This document shows, piece after piece, positions 10,504 to 19,626 of a DNA stretch of 64,000 bases. The notes under the pieces are model-generated. The model worked only from the letters and a program-made list of their open reading frames with translations. It did no database searches and was not told the origin of the DNA. This DNA comes from Chloroflexota bacterium (GTDB lineage: Bacteria > Chloroflexota > UBA11872 > VXOZ01). Each line of letters starts with the position of its first letter. The first letter of the stretch is position 1. The translations under genes and the position numbers were made by a program. The stretch is taken from assembly GCA_963662335.2 (NCBI GenBank), contig CAXXVD010000005.1:32001-96000 (forward strand), in the 5' to 3' direction.

Positions 10504-13065
10504 CTACGACTCGGCCCCCTCCATCGCCGACGACGATTCTGCCGCCGGCTCCGCCGCCGCGGCGCGCACCGACACCGCCACCGTGGCTTCCGCGCCGAGC
10601 AATGCGCCCACCGGCGCATCGGGAAAGCCGCCGGGCAGATAGACCACGTCTTCCGTGAGCTTGTCGTTCGCCTTTGCCGTAACGGTCAGGTCGGCGCCGT
10701 TGGCCTGGATGCCCACGCTTTCGCCGTCCTCGATGCCGAGGCGCGCCAATTGCGCCGGATGAATCTCGGCGGTTGGCGCTTCAACCAGCCGGCGCAAGTT
10801 GCCACTATAGCGTCCCGTGACGCCGGGGACAAAGAGATGGTCCTGGGTAACCAGGAGCAACTTGCCGTCGCCGTTCACGCTCGGCAGCGCGGGCGGTTCC
10901 TGCCAGGCGAAACGCGGCGCGCTGTGGGTGACGGGGATTTCCGCCAGCACGGCAGCAATCTCCTGGACCACGGAGTCCGAATTGCGGTAGGCCCAGCGCG
11001 CGCCGAGTTGCAGCGCGAGTTCGGTGAAGATTTGCCAATCGGGCTTGGCCTCGCCCACTGGTGGAATTGCCGCCTGCGCCCGCTGCGCGCGGCCTTCCAT
11101 ATTGGTGAACGTGCCGGTCTTCTCGGCAAAGCTGACGGCCGGCAGCACCACGTCGGCGTACTCTGCGGCCGTGGCGTTGACGAAGAGATCTTGCACCACC
11201 ACGAAGCCCGCGCGCTCCAGCAGCGCCTGCGCCTGCTGCCGGTTACGGGCGCTCGTTGCCAGGTCTTCGCCAATGACGTAGAGCACGGACACGTCCGCGC
11301 CCGCCATGAGCGCGTCGAGTGTGTGGCCCGCCGCATCCGGCAGCACCACGTCCCACAGCCGGCCCAGGGCGCTGCGGGCTTGGGCGTCGTCCACGCTGCG
11401 GAAATTGGGCAAGATGTCGGCGCCTGCTCCCATCTGCGCCAGGCCGCGCGAGTTTGCCTTGTTCGCCAGGGGATAGAGGCGCGCTTGCGGCAGGGCAAGC
11501 GTGAGATTAGCCGCGGCCTGGGCCAACGCTTCCGCGCCGCCAATCAGCCAACTGCCCAAGCCCCACACGATACCCACGTTGCCGGCCTCCGCGAGTTGCG
11601 CCGCCGCCTCGCCAATTGCCGCCGCGTCGATACCGGTGTCGGCCGCGGCCCGTTCCAGGCTATAGCCGCGCAGATCGGCCGGCGCGTTTCCGTCCGCGGA
11701 CTGGCGCGCGAGTTCGGCGGCAAGTCCTTGCAGCAAATGTTGCTCCGCGCCGGGGCGCACGCGCAGCACGCGGCGGGCGAAGCGGTCGTCCTGGCGGCTC
11801 GGCAGGCTGCCGGCCTGAATGAGCAACTTGCCCTCGTCGCGCACCCACTGGCGCATTCTCATGCCGAGCACGTCGTGGCTTTCCATGAGGTCGCCGCCGA
11901 CTACCAGGAAGGCGTCCATCTGCTCCATCTGGGAGATCGTGAAGTCGAAGGCCGCCGGCCCAAGCGCGTGCAGCGTGGGAATAAGCGTCCAGCGTTCGGC
12001 GCTGTCGATGTTGTTCGTGCCGACCACCTCGCGCATGAGGCGCGCAATGAGGTAGTTTTCTTCATCCGAGAGACGCCCGGACGTAATCGCCGCAACTGAA
12101 TCCGGACCGTCTTCTGCTTTGGCAGCGGCAATCCGGGCCGCAACCAGGCTCAGCGCTTCATCCCAACTCGCAGGCTCTAGTTGACCGTCCTTCCGCACCA
12201 GGGGCTGCGTAACCCGGCCATCATCGTGAATATAGTCGTAGCCAAAGCGGCCGCGGGTGCAGAGCATGCCGTCGCCCGGCCCCCGGTCGCGGGTGTTGAC
12301 CGGCGTTTGGTCCCGCAGCGCCGGATTGGCTTTCGTGCGCAGCACCTCGCCCATGCGCGTCTCCACGTGCATCTGGCAGCCGACGCTACAGTGGTTGCAG
12401 ACCGACTCGCTCTGGTGGACCTGCCAGGCGCGCCCGCTGTGCATGAACGGCCGGCTGAGCAGCGCGCCGACCGGGCAGACCTCGATGCACTCGCCGCACT
12501 CCACGCAGTCCAGCGGCTCGTCGAACTGGGTGCCAATGTAGCTGTGGAACCCGCGCAGGTTGAAGGTGAGCGCGCTGTCGCCGACGCGCTCGTCGCACAC
12601 GCGCACGCACTTGCCGCAGTAGATGCAGCGGTTTGGGTCCCATTCGATCAGCGGACTGAGTTCGTGATCGGGTTCGTTGGGGTTATCGCTGCCCAGTTTG
12701 CTGCGATAGACGCCGACCTCGTAGGCCGTGTGCTGCAAGTCGCAGACGCCGGACTTATCGCAGTAGGGGCAGTCCAGCGGGTGGTGCTGGAGGGTCATCT
12801 CCATGATGCCCTGCTGGGCGTGCACTACAGGTTCGGTCTTGGTGCTGACCACCATGCCGTCCATCGCCGCCGTGTTGCAGGAAGAGAGCGGCTTGGGCGC
12901 GCGTTCCACCTCCACCACGCACATGCGGCACGCGCCGTACGGCTTGAGGAACGTATCGAAGCACAAAGTTGGAATGTAGATGCCCGCCTGGCGGCACGCA
13001 TCGAGAATCGTCGCGCCGTCGGGCACCGTGACCTCTTGGCCGTCAACTGTCAGTGTTACCGGCAT
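10504..13065 (-). CDS. nuoG: NADH-quinone oxidoreductase subunit G-like protein (Fe-S domains plus molybdopterin-oxidoreductase fold)
   Basis: 2Fe-2S motif (TLC..GACRMC..SSC), HPLDCPYCDKSGVC, CIYCGKCVRVC, CVECGECIEVCP, CNHCSVGC...MLC. Lies between nuoD and nuoH. Confidence 0.88.
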   Translation of the reverse strand: MPVTLTVDGQEVTVPDGATILDACRQAGIYIPTLCFDTFLKPYGACRMCVVEVERAPKPLSSCNTAAMDGMVVSTKTEPVVHAQQGIMEMTLQHHPLDCPYCDKSGVCDLQHTAYEVGVYRSKLGSDNPNEPDHELSPLIEWDPNRCIYCGKCVRVCDERVGDSALTFNLRGFHSYIGTQFDEPLDCVECGECIEVCPVGALLSRPFMHSGRAWQVHQSESVCNHCSVGCQMHVETRMGEVLRTKANPALRDQTPVNTRDRGPGDGMLCTRGRFGYDYIHDDGRVTQPLVRKDGQLEPASWDEALSLVAARIAAAKAEDGPDSVAAITSGRLSDEENYLIARLMREVVGTNNIDSAERWTLIPTLHALGPAAFDFTISQMEQMDAFLVVGGDLMESHDVLGMRMRQWVRDEGKLLIQAGSLPSRQDDRFARRVLRVRPGAEQHLLQGLAAELARQSADGNAPADLRGYSLERAAADTGIDAAAIGEAAAQLAEAGNVGIVWGLGSWLIGGAEALAQAAANLTLALPQARLYPLANKANSRGLAQMGAGADILPNFRSVDDAQARSALGRLWDVVLPDAAGHTLDALMAGADVSVLYVIGEDLATSARNRQQAQALLERAGFVVVQDLFVNATAAEYADVVLPAVSFAEKTGTFTNMEGRAQRAQAAIPPVGEAKPDWQIFTELALQLGARWAYRNSDSVVQEIAAVLAEIPVTHSAPRFAWQEPPALPSVNGDGKLLLVTQDHLFVPGVTGRYSGNLRRLVEAPTAEIHPAQLARLGIEDGESVGIQANGADLTVTAKANDKLTEDVVYLPGGFPDAPVGALLGAEATVAVSVRAAAAEPAAESSSAMEGAES

Positions 13066-13126
13066 CGTTTCCTCTTCTCACCCGCCGCAAGTGTCGGAGA
13101 CCATTTGCCTGCTCTGTTTGTCGCGC

Positions 13127-14332
13127 CTAGCGATCTATCTCACCAAGCACAATATCAATGCTGCCAATCACCGCCACCACGTCGGCCAGCAGCCGCCCTT
13201 TTACCAGGTACGGCAGCGACTGCAAGTTTACAAAGGAAGGCGAGCGCACGTGCATGCGATAGGGCTTGCCGCTGCCGTCGCTGACCACGTAGAAGGCCAG
13301 TTCGCCCTTGGGCGCTTCGATCGCGGCGTAGGTCTCGCCGCGCGGCACCGGAAAGCCGTGGATGTACATCCAGAAGTGGTTGATCATCGCTTCCATGTCG
13401 GTATAGAGGCGCGGCGTATCCGGCCGGCCGACGCGCGCGTCGTCAGTCATCACGGGCCCCGGCGGCATGTGTTCGATTACCTGGCGCATGATGCGCACGC
13501 TCTGGCGCATCTCCTCGATGCGCAGAATGTACCGGCTGTAGACGTCGCCCTTGCCGGTGCCGGTGGGCACGTCGAACTCCACCTTGTCGTAGGCGGCATA
13601 GGGTTCGGCTTTGCGGATGTCCCACTCCACGCCCGAGCCGCGCAAGCACGGGCCGGAAAGTCCCATGGCGATCGCGTCGTCGGCGGTAATCACGCCCACG
13701 TCCACCGTACGGCCAATCCAAAGGTCATTCTTGGAGAGCAACTTGTCGAACTGGTCGATTTCCTTTACGAAGTAGTCGAAGAGGCTCTCCAGCTTCTCGT
13801 AGAAAGGCTCGCGGGGTTCTTCCAGGAAACCGCCGGGGCGCATCACGCTGTGGGTCATGCGCGCGCCGCACAACTCTTCGAATAGTTCGAGGACACGTTC
13901 GCGGGCGCGAAAGGCGTAGAGGAAGACGGACATGGCGCCGATGTCCAGCGCGTGGGTGCCGATCCAGACCAGATGTCCCGCCAGCCTGCCCAGTTCGCCC
14001 ACGATGCAGCGCAGCCACTGGGCGCGTTCCGGTACCTCGATGCCGGCCAGCGCCTCGACCGCCACCAGCCAACCCAGATTGCTGGAGGCCGCGGCGGTGT
14101 AGTCCATGCGGTCGGTATACCCGAGTATCTGGGTGTACGTCTCGCTCTCGGCGATCTTTTCCGTGCCGCGATGGAGATAGCCGATGATGGGCACGGCTTC
14201 CTCGATGTACTCGCCGTCCATCTTGAGCACGACCCGCAGCACGCCGTGGGTGCTGGGATGCTGCGGCCCCATGTTCAGGATGAGGCCCGAATCATCTTCA
14301 CCGGCAATGCGTTCGATCTCAACCGTTGCCAT
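13127..14332 (-). CDS. nuoD: NADH-quinone oxidoreductase subunit D
   Basis: NMGPQHPSTHGVLR, GYLHRGTEK, EAPKGEL, C-terminal DIVLGEIDR; no NiFe-binding CxxC. Confidence 0.97.
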   Translation of the reverse strand: MATVEIERIAGEDDSGLILNMGPQHPSTHGVLRVVLKMDGEYIEEAVPIIGYLHRGTEKIAESETYTQILGYTDRMDYTAAASSNLGWLVAVEALAGIEVPERAQWLRCIVGELGRLAGHLVWIGTHALDIGAMSVFLYAFRARERVLELFEELCGARMTHSVMRPGGFLEEPREPFYEKLESLFDYFVKEIDQFDKLLSKNDLWIGRTVDVGVITADDAIAMGLSGPCLRGSGVEWDIRKAEPYAAYDKVEFDVPTGTGKGDVYSRYILRIEEMRQSVRIMRQVIEHMPPGPVMTDDARVGRPDTPRLYTDMEAMINHFWMYIHGFPVPRGETYAAIEAPKGELAFYVVSDGSGKPYRMHVRSPSFVNLQSLPYLVKGRLLADVVAVIGSIDIVLGEIDR

Positions 14333-14371
14333 CAGCCGCTCTCGCTACTCCTCTGGACAGTGGCTGCCGCG

Positions 14372-14845
14372 CTAGAGCCCCTCTCGGGGAAAATCCTTGC
14401 GCAACGGGTGGTATTCGTAGTCTTCATCCATCAGAATGCGCCGCAGGTCGGGATGATTTACAAACTGCACGCCCATCAGGTCGTAGACCTCGCGCTCCGG
14501 CCAATCCGCCCCCGGCCAGACCTGCGCCATGGACTCCACCGCTTCAGCGGCGGCAATGCGGGTCTTGACCCGGATGCTGCGGTTTTCCGGAATCGAGCGC
14601 AGGTGGTAGACCACTTCGTATTCTTGCGTTTCGCCCGGCCAATGCACCGCCGTCACGTCGCCAAAGTAGTTGAAGCGCAGTTCCGGCTCGTCGCGCAGCG
14701 CCGTGGCGACCGCCAGTAGATCCGATGCGGCGATCTCAATGGTCAGCAGATTGCTCCGTGTGTTGGCGGCGGAGACCTTATCTCCCAAGACCGCACGCAC
14801 GCGCTCGTGGAGACTGTCGGCGGCAACCGGCGGCGGAATGCTCAC
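14372..14845 (-). CDS. nuoC: NADH-quinone oxidoreductase subunit C
   Basis: WPEREVYDLMGVQFVNHPDLRRILM..HPLRKDFP. Start placed at GTG 14845, downstream of AAGGAG. Confidence 0.94.
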   Translation of the reverse strand: MSIPPPVAADSLHERVRAVLGDKVSAANTRSNLLTIEIAASDLLAVATALRDEPELRFNYFGDVTAVHWPGETQEYEVVYHLRSIPENRSIRVKTRIAAAEAVESMAQVWPGADWPEREVYDLMGVQFVNHPDLRRILMDEDYEYHPLRKDFPREGL

Positions 14846-14853
14846 GAATGCCG

Positions 14854-15432
14854 TTACTCCTTGGCGCCGGCGGCGCGCGCGGTGAGCAGCGCCTCTTCCG
14901 CGCCGGCCCACTCGCCCTGCTTGATCTTCTGCTGGAGCAGCATCAACCCTTCCAGCAGCGCCTCCGGCCGCGGCGGGCAGCCGGGGACGTAGATGTCAAC
15001 CGGCACCGCCAGGTCTACGCCCTGGAGCACGCTGTACGAGCGGTACGGGCCGCCGCACGTGGCGCAATTGCCGTGGGCGATTACCCAACACGGCCGCGGC
15101 ATCTGTTCCCAGAGGTTGCGAATGATGGGCGCCATCTTCTTGGTGACCGTACCGGCGACGATCATCACGTCCGACTGCCGCGGCGTCGCGCGGAAGGCCA
15201 TGCCAAAGCGGTCCGCGTCATAGTGCGACGCAAAGAGCGACATCATCTCGATCGCGCAGCACGCCAGGCCAAACGTCATCGGGAACAGCGAGTTCGCCCG
15301 CCCCCAATTCAGGATTTGATCGGCGGAGGCCAGCACGAAGCCGGAAGCGCCCGTCTTCTGGCCGGCGGCTTGCGCCCCGGGCAAGGTAAGGGTATCTTCT
15401 ACAGCCCCCAATCGAACGCTCCTTTCTTCCAC
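14854..15432 (-). CDS. nuoB: NADH-quinone oxidoreductase subunit B
   Basis: [35 protein letters not shown]. Start codon uncertain. Confidence 0.96.
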   Translation of the reverse strand: MEERSVRLGAVEDTLTLPGAQAAGQKTGASGFVLASADQILNWGRANSLFPMTFGLACCAIEMMSLFASHYDADRFGMAFRATPRQSDVMIVAGTVTKKMAPIIRNLWEQMPRPCWVIAHGNCATCGGPYRSYSVLQGVDLAVPVDIYVPGCPPRPEALLEGLMLLQQKIKQGEWAGAEEALLTARAAGAKE

Positions 15433-15776
15433 GCGTACACGTAGCCTACGAGCAGGATTCCTATGAATATCGCCATTTCAACCAGGCCGAAGAGACCCAG
15501 CGACGCAATGATGACGGCCCACGGAAAGAGGAACGCGAGTTCGAGGTCGAAGACCACGTAGACGATCGCGACCATGTAGAAGTGGATGCCGTGCTTGCCG
15601 CGGGTATCGCCCACCACGCCGCTCGGCCCAATTCCCGATTCGTAGGGCACCGTGCGCAGCGGGCCGGGGCGAAACTTGGGCCGCAGCACGGAGGCGAGCG
15701 CGAGCGTGATGATCCCAAAGGCGGACGCCGCGACGAAGGTCACCAAGAACGGAATGTACCCGACGTAGTACTCCAT
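15399..15776 (-). CDS. nuoA: NADH-quinone oxidoreductase subunit A
   Basis: [27 protein letters not shown]; RBS GAGGAGAGG upstream. Confidence 0.96.
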   Translation of the reverse strand: MEYYVGYIPFLVTFVAASAFGIITLALASVLRPKFRPGPLRTVPYESGIGPSGVVGDTRGKHGIHFYMVAIVYVVFDLELAFLFPWAVIIASLGLFGLVEMAIFIGILLVGYVYAWKKGAFDWGL

Positions 15777-15888
15777 GTCCTCTCCTCTGGGCGTCCGGCT
15801 TGCCGCCAGCCGTGCGCTCCCCGCGCTGCGGTCTTATGATGACCGATTTCGCCGCTCTTTACAAGGCCGCGCCGTCCCGCGGCATTCG

Positions 15889-16602
15889 TCAGCCGGACGC
15901 CACGGTTTGAACGCCGCTGGGACTGCCATTGGGCGCGGCATCGTTGGCAAAATCGGCGCTTCCGGTGACGCTCTCCCGCAAGAGATACGACAGATACTCT
16001 ACTTCGATTGAAAGGTCAACACTTGCCAAGTAGACGTGGGACGGCACCCGCAGCGTCACGGGCGCGAAATTGAGCAAACAGCGCACGCCGGCCTCGATAA
16101 GCTGTTCGGTAACGGCTTGCGCCGCTCTGGCGGGCACGGCAACGAGCGCCATGAAGATCTGGCGCTCTTGGATGGTATCCTTTACCTGATCCATCGGCTT
16201 GACGATGACGTCGCGGATTACCGCGCCAACGCGGCGCGGATCAGAATCGAAAGCCTCGACGATGCGGAAACCCTGACGCGGGAAGCCGTCATAGGCAAGC
16301 AGCGCGGAGCCGAGATTGCCCACGCCGACGAGCGCCATCGGCCAGCCTTCGCCAATCCCCAGGATCTGCTGCACGTGCGCCAGCAGCGATTGGACCTCGT
16401 ACCCCACACCGCGCCGGCCAAAGCTGCCAAAATACGCCAGGTCGCGGCGCACCTGGGCGGCAGTGGAACCGGTCAACGTGGAAAGATGCTCGGAGGAGAT
16501 GCTCTCTACCCCCTGCTCCTGCAGCGCGGCCAACGTACGATAGTACATAGAGAGGCGCCGGATCGCCATCTGCGGCGCTTTTCCCCGCGGTGTGCCAGAC
16601 AT
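15889..16602 (-). CDS. rex: Redox-sensing transcriptional repressor Rex
   Basis: IRRLSMYYR, ISSEHL..QVRRDLAYFGSFGRRGVGY, LVGVGNLGSAL, LNFAP. Start moved to ATG 16602 (MSGTP...). Confidence 0.95.
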   Translation of the reverse strand: MSGTPRGKAPQMAIRRLSMYYRTLAALQEQGVESISSEHLSTLTGSTAAQVRRDLAYFGSFGRRGVGYEVQSLLAHVQQILGIGEGWPMALVGVGNLGSALLAYDGFPRQGFRIVEAFDSDPRRVGAVIRDVIVKPMDQVKDTIQERQIFMALVAVPARAAQAVTEQLIEAGVRCLLNFAPVTLRVPSHVYLASVDLSIEVEYLSYLLRESVTGSADFANDAAPNGSPSGVQTVASG

Positions 16603-16631
16603 GGGCGCTCCCCGTTCCAGAGGCACTAGCC

Positions 16632-16666
16632 ACGTGAAACATATCACAAGCTCCCAGCACGCGCAA
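16632..16666 (-). promoter_or_regulatory. Sigma70-type promoter overlapped by a Rex operator-like site
   Basis: Minus strand TTGCGC (16666-16661), 17 nt spacer, TATGTT (16643-16638) with an extended TG. ACGTGAA-ACAT-ATCACAA at 16632-16649 matches the Rex consensus TTGTGAA-N4-TTCACAA at 11 of 14 positions. Confidence 0.7.
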
Positions 16667-16786
16667 CTGGAAGGGCATCTCACAAGTTGGAGAGACGCGC
16701 CAAGGCAAAAGCGGTTAGCGGGGAGTGGGTGTATTGCGCGCAGCACGGAGCGCACGCCGAGCGGGTCGCTCATCCCGTGGCTGCGT

Positions 16787-18592
16787 CTACGGTCCCGCCT
16801 GCTCCTGCGGCAAGTCCAATTTCGTGCCGATGACCCACCGCTCTCGCCATGGCCTGTACTTGCTGCGGAAGCGGTCGAGGCGGGGCACACCGTCTGCCAC
16901 GACCTCGCGCTGGATCTCGGCATCCACGCCGTCAACCGCCCATTCGATCTGCTTCCGCTCGCCGAAAGGAAGCTCGGGGTCCGGCTTGTCCGGCAGCGGC
17001 GGCCCGTGTTCCACCCAGTTCTTGGCAATGGCCGGCAGCATGCGCACGGTGCGCTGCAGGCTGCGCCCGTGCAGCGCGAACTTGAGTTCCATGGATTCCT
17101 CGTCAACGTGCGTTTGAATCAGGATGGGGTGCTCTGAATCGTTGACGAACCTGAGATCGACGCCTGGGCTATAGATGGCGGCGTCGAACCCCGGCGGGCT
17201 GCCGTCGCGCTCATAGTAGCCCACGCGGTACGTGTGCTGATTGCGCTCGGCTATCGGCAACCCCGCCCAAAAGGCGGCGCGGAACATGGTGGTGGAAACC
17301 TGGCAGACACCGCCACCGTCGCCCTGCACGGTCTTGTCACCCCAAATGATGAGGCTCGACTGATAGCCGGTCTCTTTGCTAATGGGGCCGAGGGTCTCGA
17401 GAAACGAGAACGTCGCGCCGGGCGGAATCACGTAACCGTGCAACTTGGTGGCAGCCAAGGCGATGTTGTAGGCGCGTTCCGGCGGCGAACCTTTGAAGAG
17501 GGAGACGCCTTCCGCAATCAGGTTTTCAAAGCCCCAGTCCCGCATGTTTGCCGCCGTGTAGACCGGTTCTTCCACGTCCGCCGGCAGATAGAGCGCCGTG
17601 ACGCCCTGCCGGATAGCGGCCTGGGCCGTGGCCAGAATCGTCTCCGTATCCGTGTGATAGCCGACCGCGGCGGGTGTTGCCACGGTCACGTCGTCGCCAT
17701 CCACGGTAAACCGCGCGTTCTTGACGGGACGGGCGGCCTCGGCGGCAATCGGTTCCAGCCAGTCGTGCAGCCGCTGCCGCTCGCCAATGACTTCCAGGCG
17801 GCCTTGGTCCGGGTCTTGCTGGATCTCCAGCCAGGGCGTCAGCGTTCTCCCGGAAAGCTGCCACGACTTGCCGCCTAGTCCGAAGCGCAGCCCTTCCGCC
17901 ACCAGCCGTTCGAAGATGGCCTTGACCTGTTCCGCCCGGCGCAGCGTGATCGGCGCCTCGAGGGTAACGACGGGCAGCGCGATGCTCTGGCGTGAAGGCG
18001 GGTCCGCCGGCAGCCGCATTTGATTGATGATCGCTTCCCGGTCGAGGCGCTTGCCGTCTACGCCGGGCACGATACGCACCCGGTCGGCCTGGCGCTCGAG
18101 GAGCGAACTGACCGGGGAACGATCGATCTGGGCGGCAATCATGTTCAGGAAGCGCAAGGCCACCGCGGAATCCAAGAGCACGGGCAGCGCGACCTGATTG
18201 CGCGCGCTCAACCCAAGGAACCAGGTCCACATGCGCCGCTTCTGCGAGTCAAACGCGCTGCCGATCGCGCGCTCGATGTCCACCAGGATGCCGATTTCAG
18301 ATGCCGTTGGCGCCCACCTGGTCTCCTGGTGGGCGAACACGACCGGGTTATGGAGATAGTCATTCCACAGGCTGTGCACGTGCGCGCTGGCCTCCGCTTG
18401 GGATAAGCCGGAGATGTCCACGGAGCCGACGAACGTGCCGGGCAAGGCGTACGCGCCAGCCTGGGAACGCAACACGCCGGATACCGACCCGCCGGCTAAA
18501 GCAGTGATAGGTACGGCCGCCATCCCCAAGAGGACGCGCCGGGTGACGAACCGTGAACCGGTTTTCCAAGCGAACCGCGACTGCATAGGCAT
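16787..18592 (-). CDS. VanW family protein with N-terminal anchor, putative peptidoglycan-binding repeats and a G5-like tail
   Basis: RAYNIALAA..LHG..IPPGATFSF..LG, GGGVCQVSTTMFRA, ERNQH, G.DAAIY, DLRFVN. Confidence 0.9.
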   Translation of the reverse strand: MPMQSRFAWKTGSRFVTRRVLLGMAAVPITALAGGSVSGVLRSQAGAYALPGTFVGSVDISGLSQAEASAHVHSLWNDYLHNPVVFAHQETRWAPTASEIGILVDIERAIGSAFDSQKRRMWTWFLGLSARNQVALPVLLDSAVALRFLNMIAAQIDRSPVSSLLERQADRVRIVPGVDGKRLDREAIINQMRLPADPPSRQSIALPVVTLEAPITLRRAEQVKAIFERLVAEGLRFGLGGKSWQLSGRTLTPWLEIQQDPDQGRLEVIGERQRLHDWLEPIAAEAARPVKNARFTVDGDDVTVATPAAVGYHTDTETILATAQAAIRQGVTALYLPADVEEPVYTAANMRDWGFENLIAEGVSLFKGSPPERAYNIALAATKLHGYVIPPGATFSFLETLGPISKETGYQSSLIIWGDKTVQGDGGGVCQVSTTMFRAAFWAGLPIAERNQHTYRVGYYERDGSPPGFDAAIYSPGVDLRFVNDSEHPILIQTHVDEESMELKFALHGRSLQRTVRMLPAIAKNWVEHGPPLPDKPDPELPFGERKQIEWAVDGVDAEIQREVVADGVPRLDRFRSKYRPWRERWVIGTKLDLPQEQAGP

Positions 18593-19059
18593 GTCAAGGC
18601 TCCGGAAAGCTGTCTGCCGCTTCTGCGCGTAGTGTAACCCGCTCGCAAGCAGCTAATGCGAAAAGTCGCCGGCTCACGTAAGTGGGGCAGAGTCGGCTCC
18701 GCGGGAAATCCGCGCGAGGCGCGGCGCCCTTGTTTCGCAATGCAGTATGTCTCATTGCTTTGCGCCTGAACGAAAGAGCAAAAACGTGTATTCCGATTGG
18801 CAATGAAGGCAAAGCGGGGCCACGTTCGGAAGGTGAAAAGCGGCCAGAAGGATTTGGCGCATTTGCCGGATTCGTCGAAGGTGCGGCGCCACACACTTCA
18901 GGAGAGAAATCTCGGGGCGAGCAAGGCCATCGTCGTTGCATGGTCTATGAACCCCACAGCAAATGCGCCTGCGCGGCTTTCTTACTCCCCTATAGTATAG
19001 CACTAGGGAGCTAGAGTGTCTTGCCGCTCGTTTCTGGCCACTATCGGCGGGGCATCGTT

Positions 19060-19455
19060 CTAGTCGAAAACGGCAATCGCGTCAATCTCCACCAGCCAAT
19101 CCTCACCGGAGAGGGAGCCGATTTGCACCATGGTGGCGGTGGGGTACGGCGGCGCGAAGATCTCATTGCGGATGCCGGTGACGACGGCGCGGAAGCGGAT
19201 GTCGGTGACGTACATGTTGAGGTGCGCCACGTTTGCCAGCGAGCCGCCCGCCGCCCGGCAGAGCGCCTCGATGTTGGCGTAGACCTTGCGCGCCTGCGCC
19301 TCGATGTCGCCCTTGCCCACCAGGTCGCCGTTCTCGTCCACGGGAAACTGGCCGGCGATAAAGAGGAGGCGCTTGCCGCCTTCGATCATCAGGCCCTGCG
19401 AAAAGTTGCTGAACGGCGGGCAGACGCCCTCGCCGAGGATAGTCTCTTTCTTCAA
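19060..19455 (-). CDS. RidA/YjgF/UK114 family protein
   Basis: FSQG, LFIAGQ, PTATMVQIGSL, LVEIDAIA. TTG start at 19455 after AAGGAG; the longer ORF in the track runs into a repeat. Confidence 0.9.
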   Translation of the reverse strand: MKKETILGEGVCPPFSNFSQGLMIEGGKRLLFIAGQFPVDENGDLVGKGDIEAQARKVYANIEALCRAAGGSLANVAHLNMYVTDIRFRAVVTGIRNEIFAPPYPTATMVQIGSLSGEDWLVEIDAIAVFD

Positions 19456-19489
19456 AGCGCTACTCCTTTGCTTCACTCTCGGACGCTCT

Positions 19490-19516
19490 AGATTCCTCGC
19501 TGCGCTCGGAATGACA
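19490..19516. repeat. Single TGTCATT-family palindromic repeat (reverse orientation)
   Basis: AGATTCCTCGCTGCGCTCGGAATGACA, the exact reverse complement of 2699-2725. Confidence 0.9.
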
Positions 19517-19562
19517 CGAAACAAACACACGCGAACAAGCAAGCGGCATTTGCCGACAAGCA

Positions 19563-19592
19563 TTCGCCCCCTCTTCGGCGAGAGGGGGCGAA
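19563..19592 (-). terminator. GC-rich hairpin downstream of a solute-binding protein gene
   Basis: TTCGCCCCCTCT-TCGGCG-AGAGGGGGCGAA, 12-bp stem. Confidence 0.6.
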
Positions 19593-19626
19593 CGTATGAC
19601 CAATGCCACGCCAGGAAGAAATGGCC

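Noticed and set aside
10504-13065. Selenocysteine formate dehydrogenase
   Set aside because: No in-frame TGA and no Cys/Sec-His at the catalytic position.
16787-18592. Vancomycin resistance locus
   Set aside because: Stand-alone VanW-domain protein with no vanHAX or vanRS genes.
18600-19000. c-di-AMP or glycine riboswitch upstream of VanW
   Set aside because: No c-di-AMP consensus blocks (GCTGAATCC, GGGGA, CCCGTCAGCTAAC) on the minus strand. A faint GAAGG..CTTCAGG glycine-like pattern is on the wrong strand. Kept only as an unclassified structured RNA candidate.
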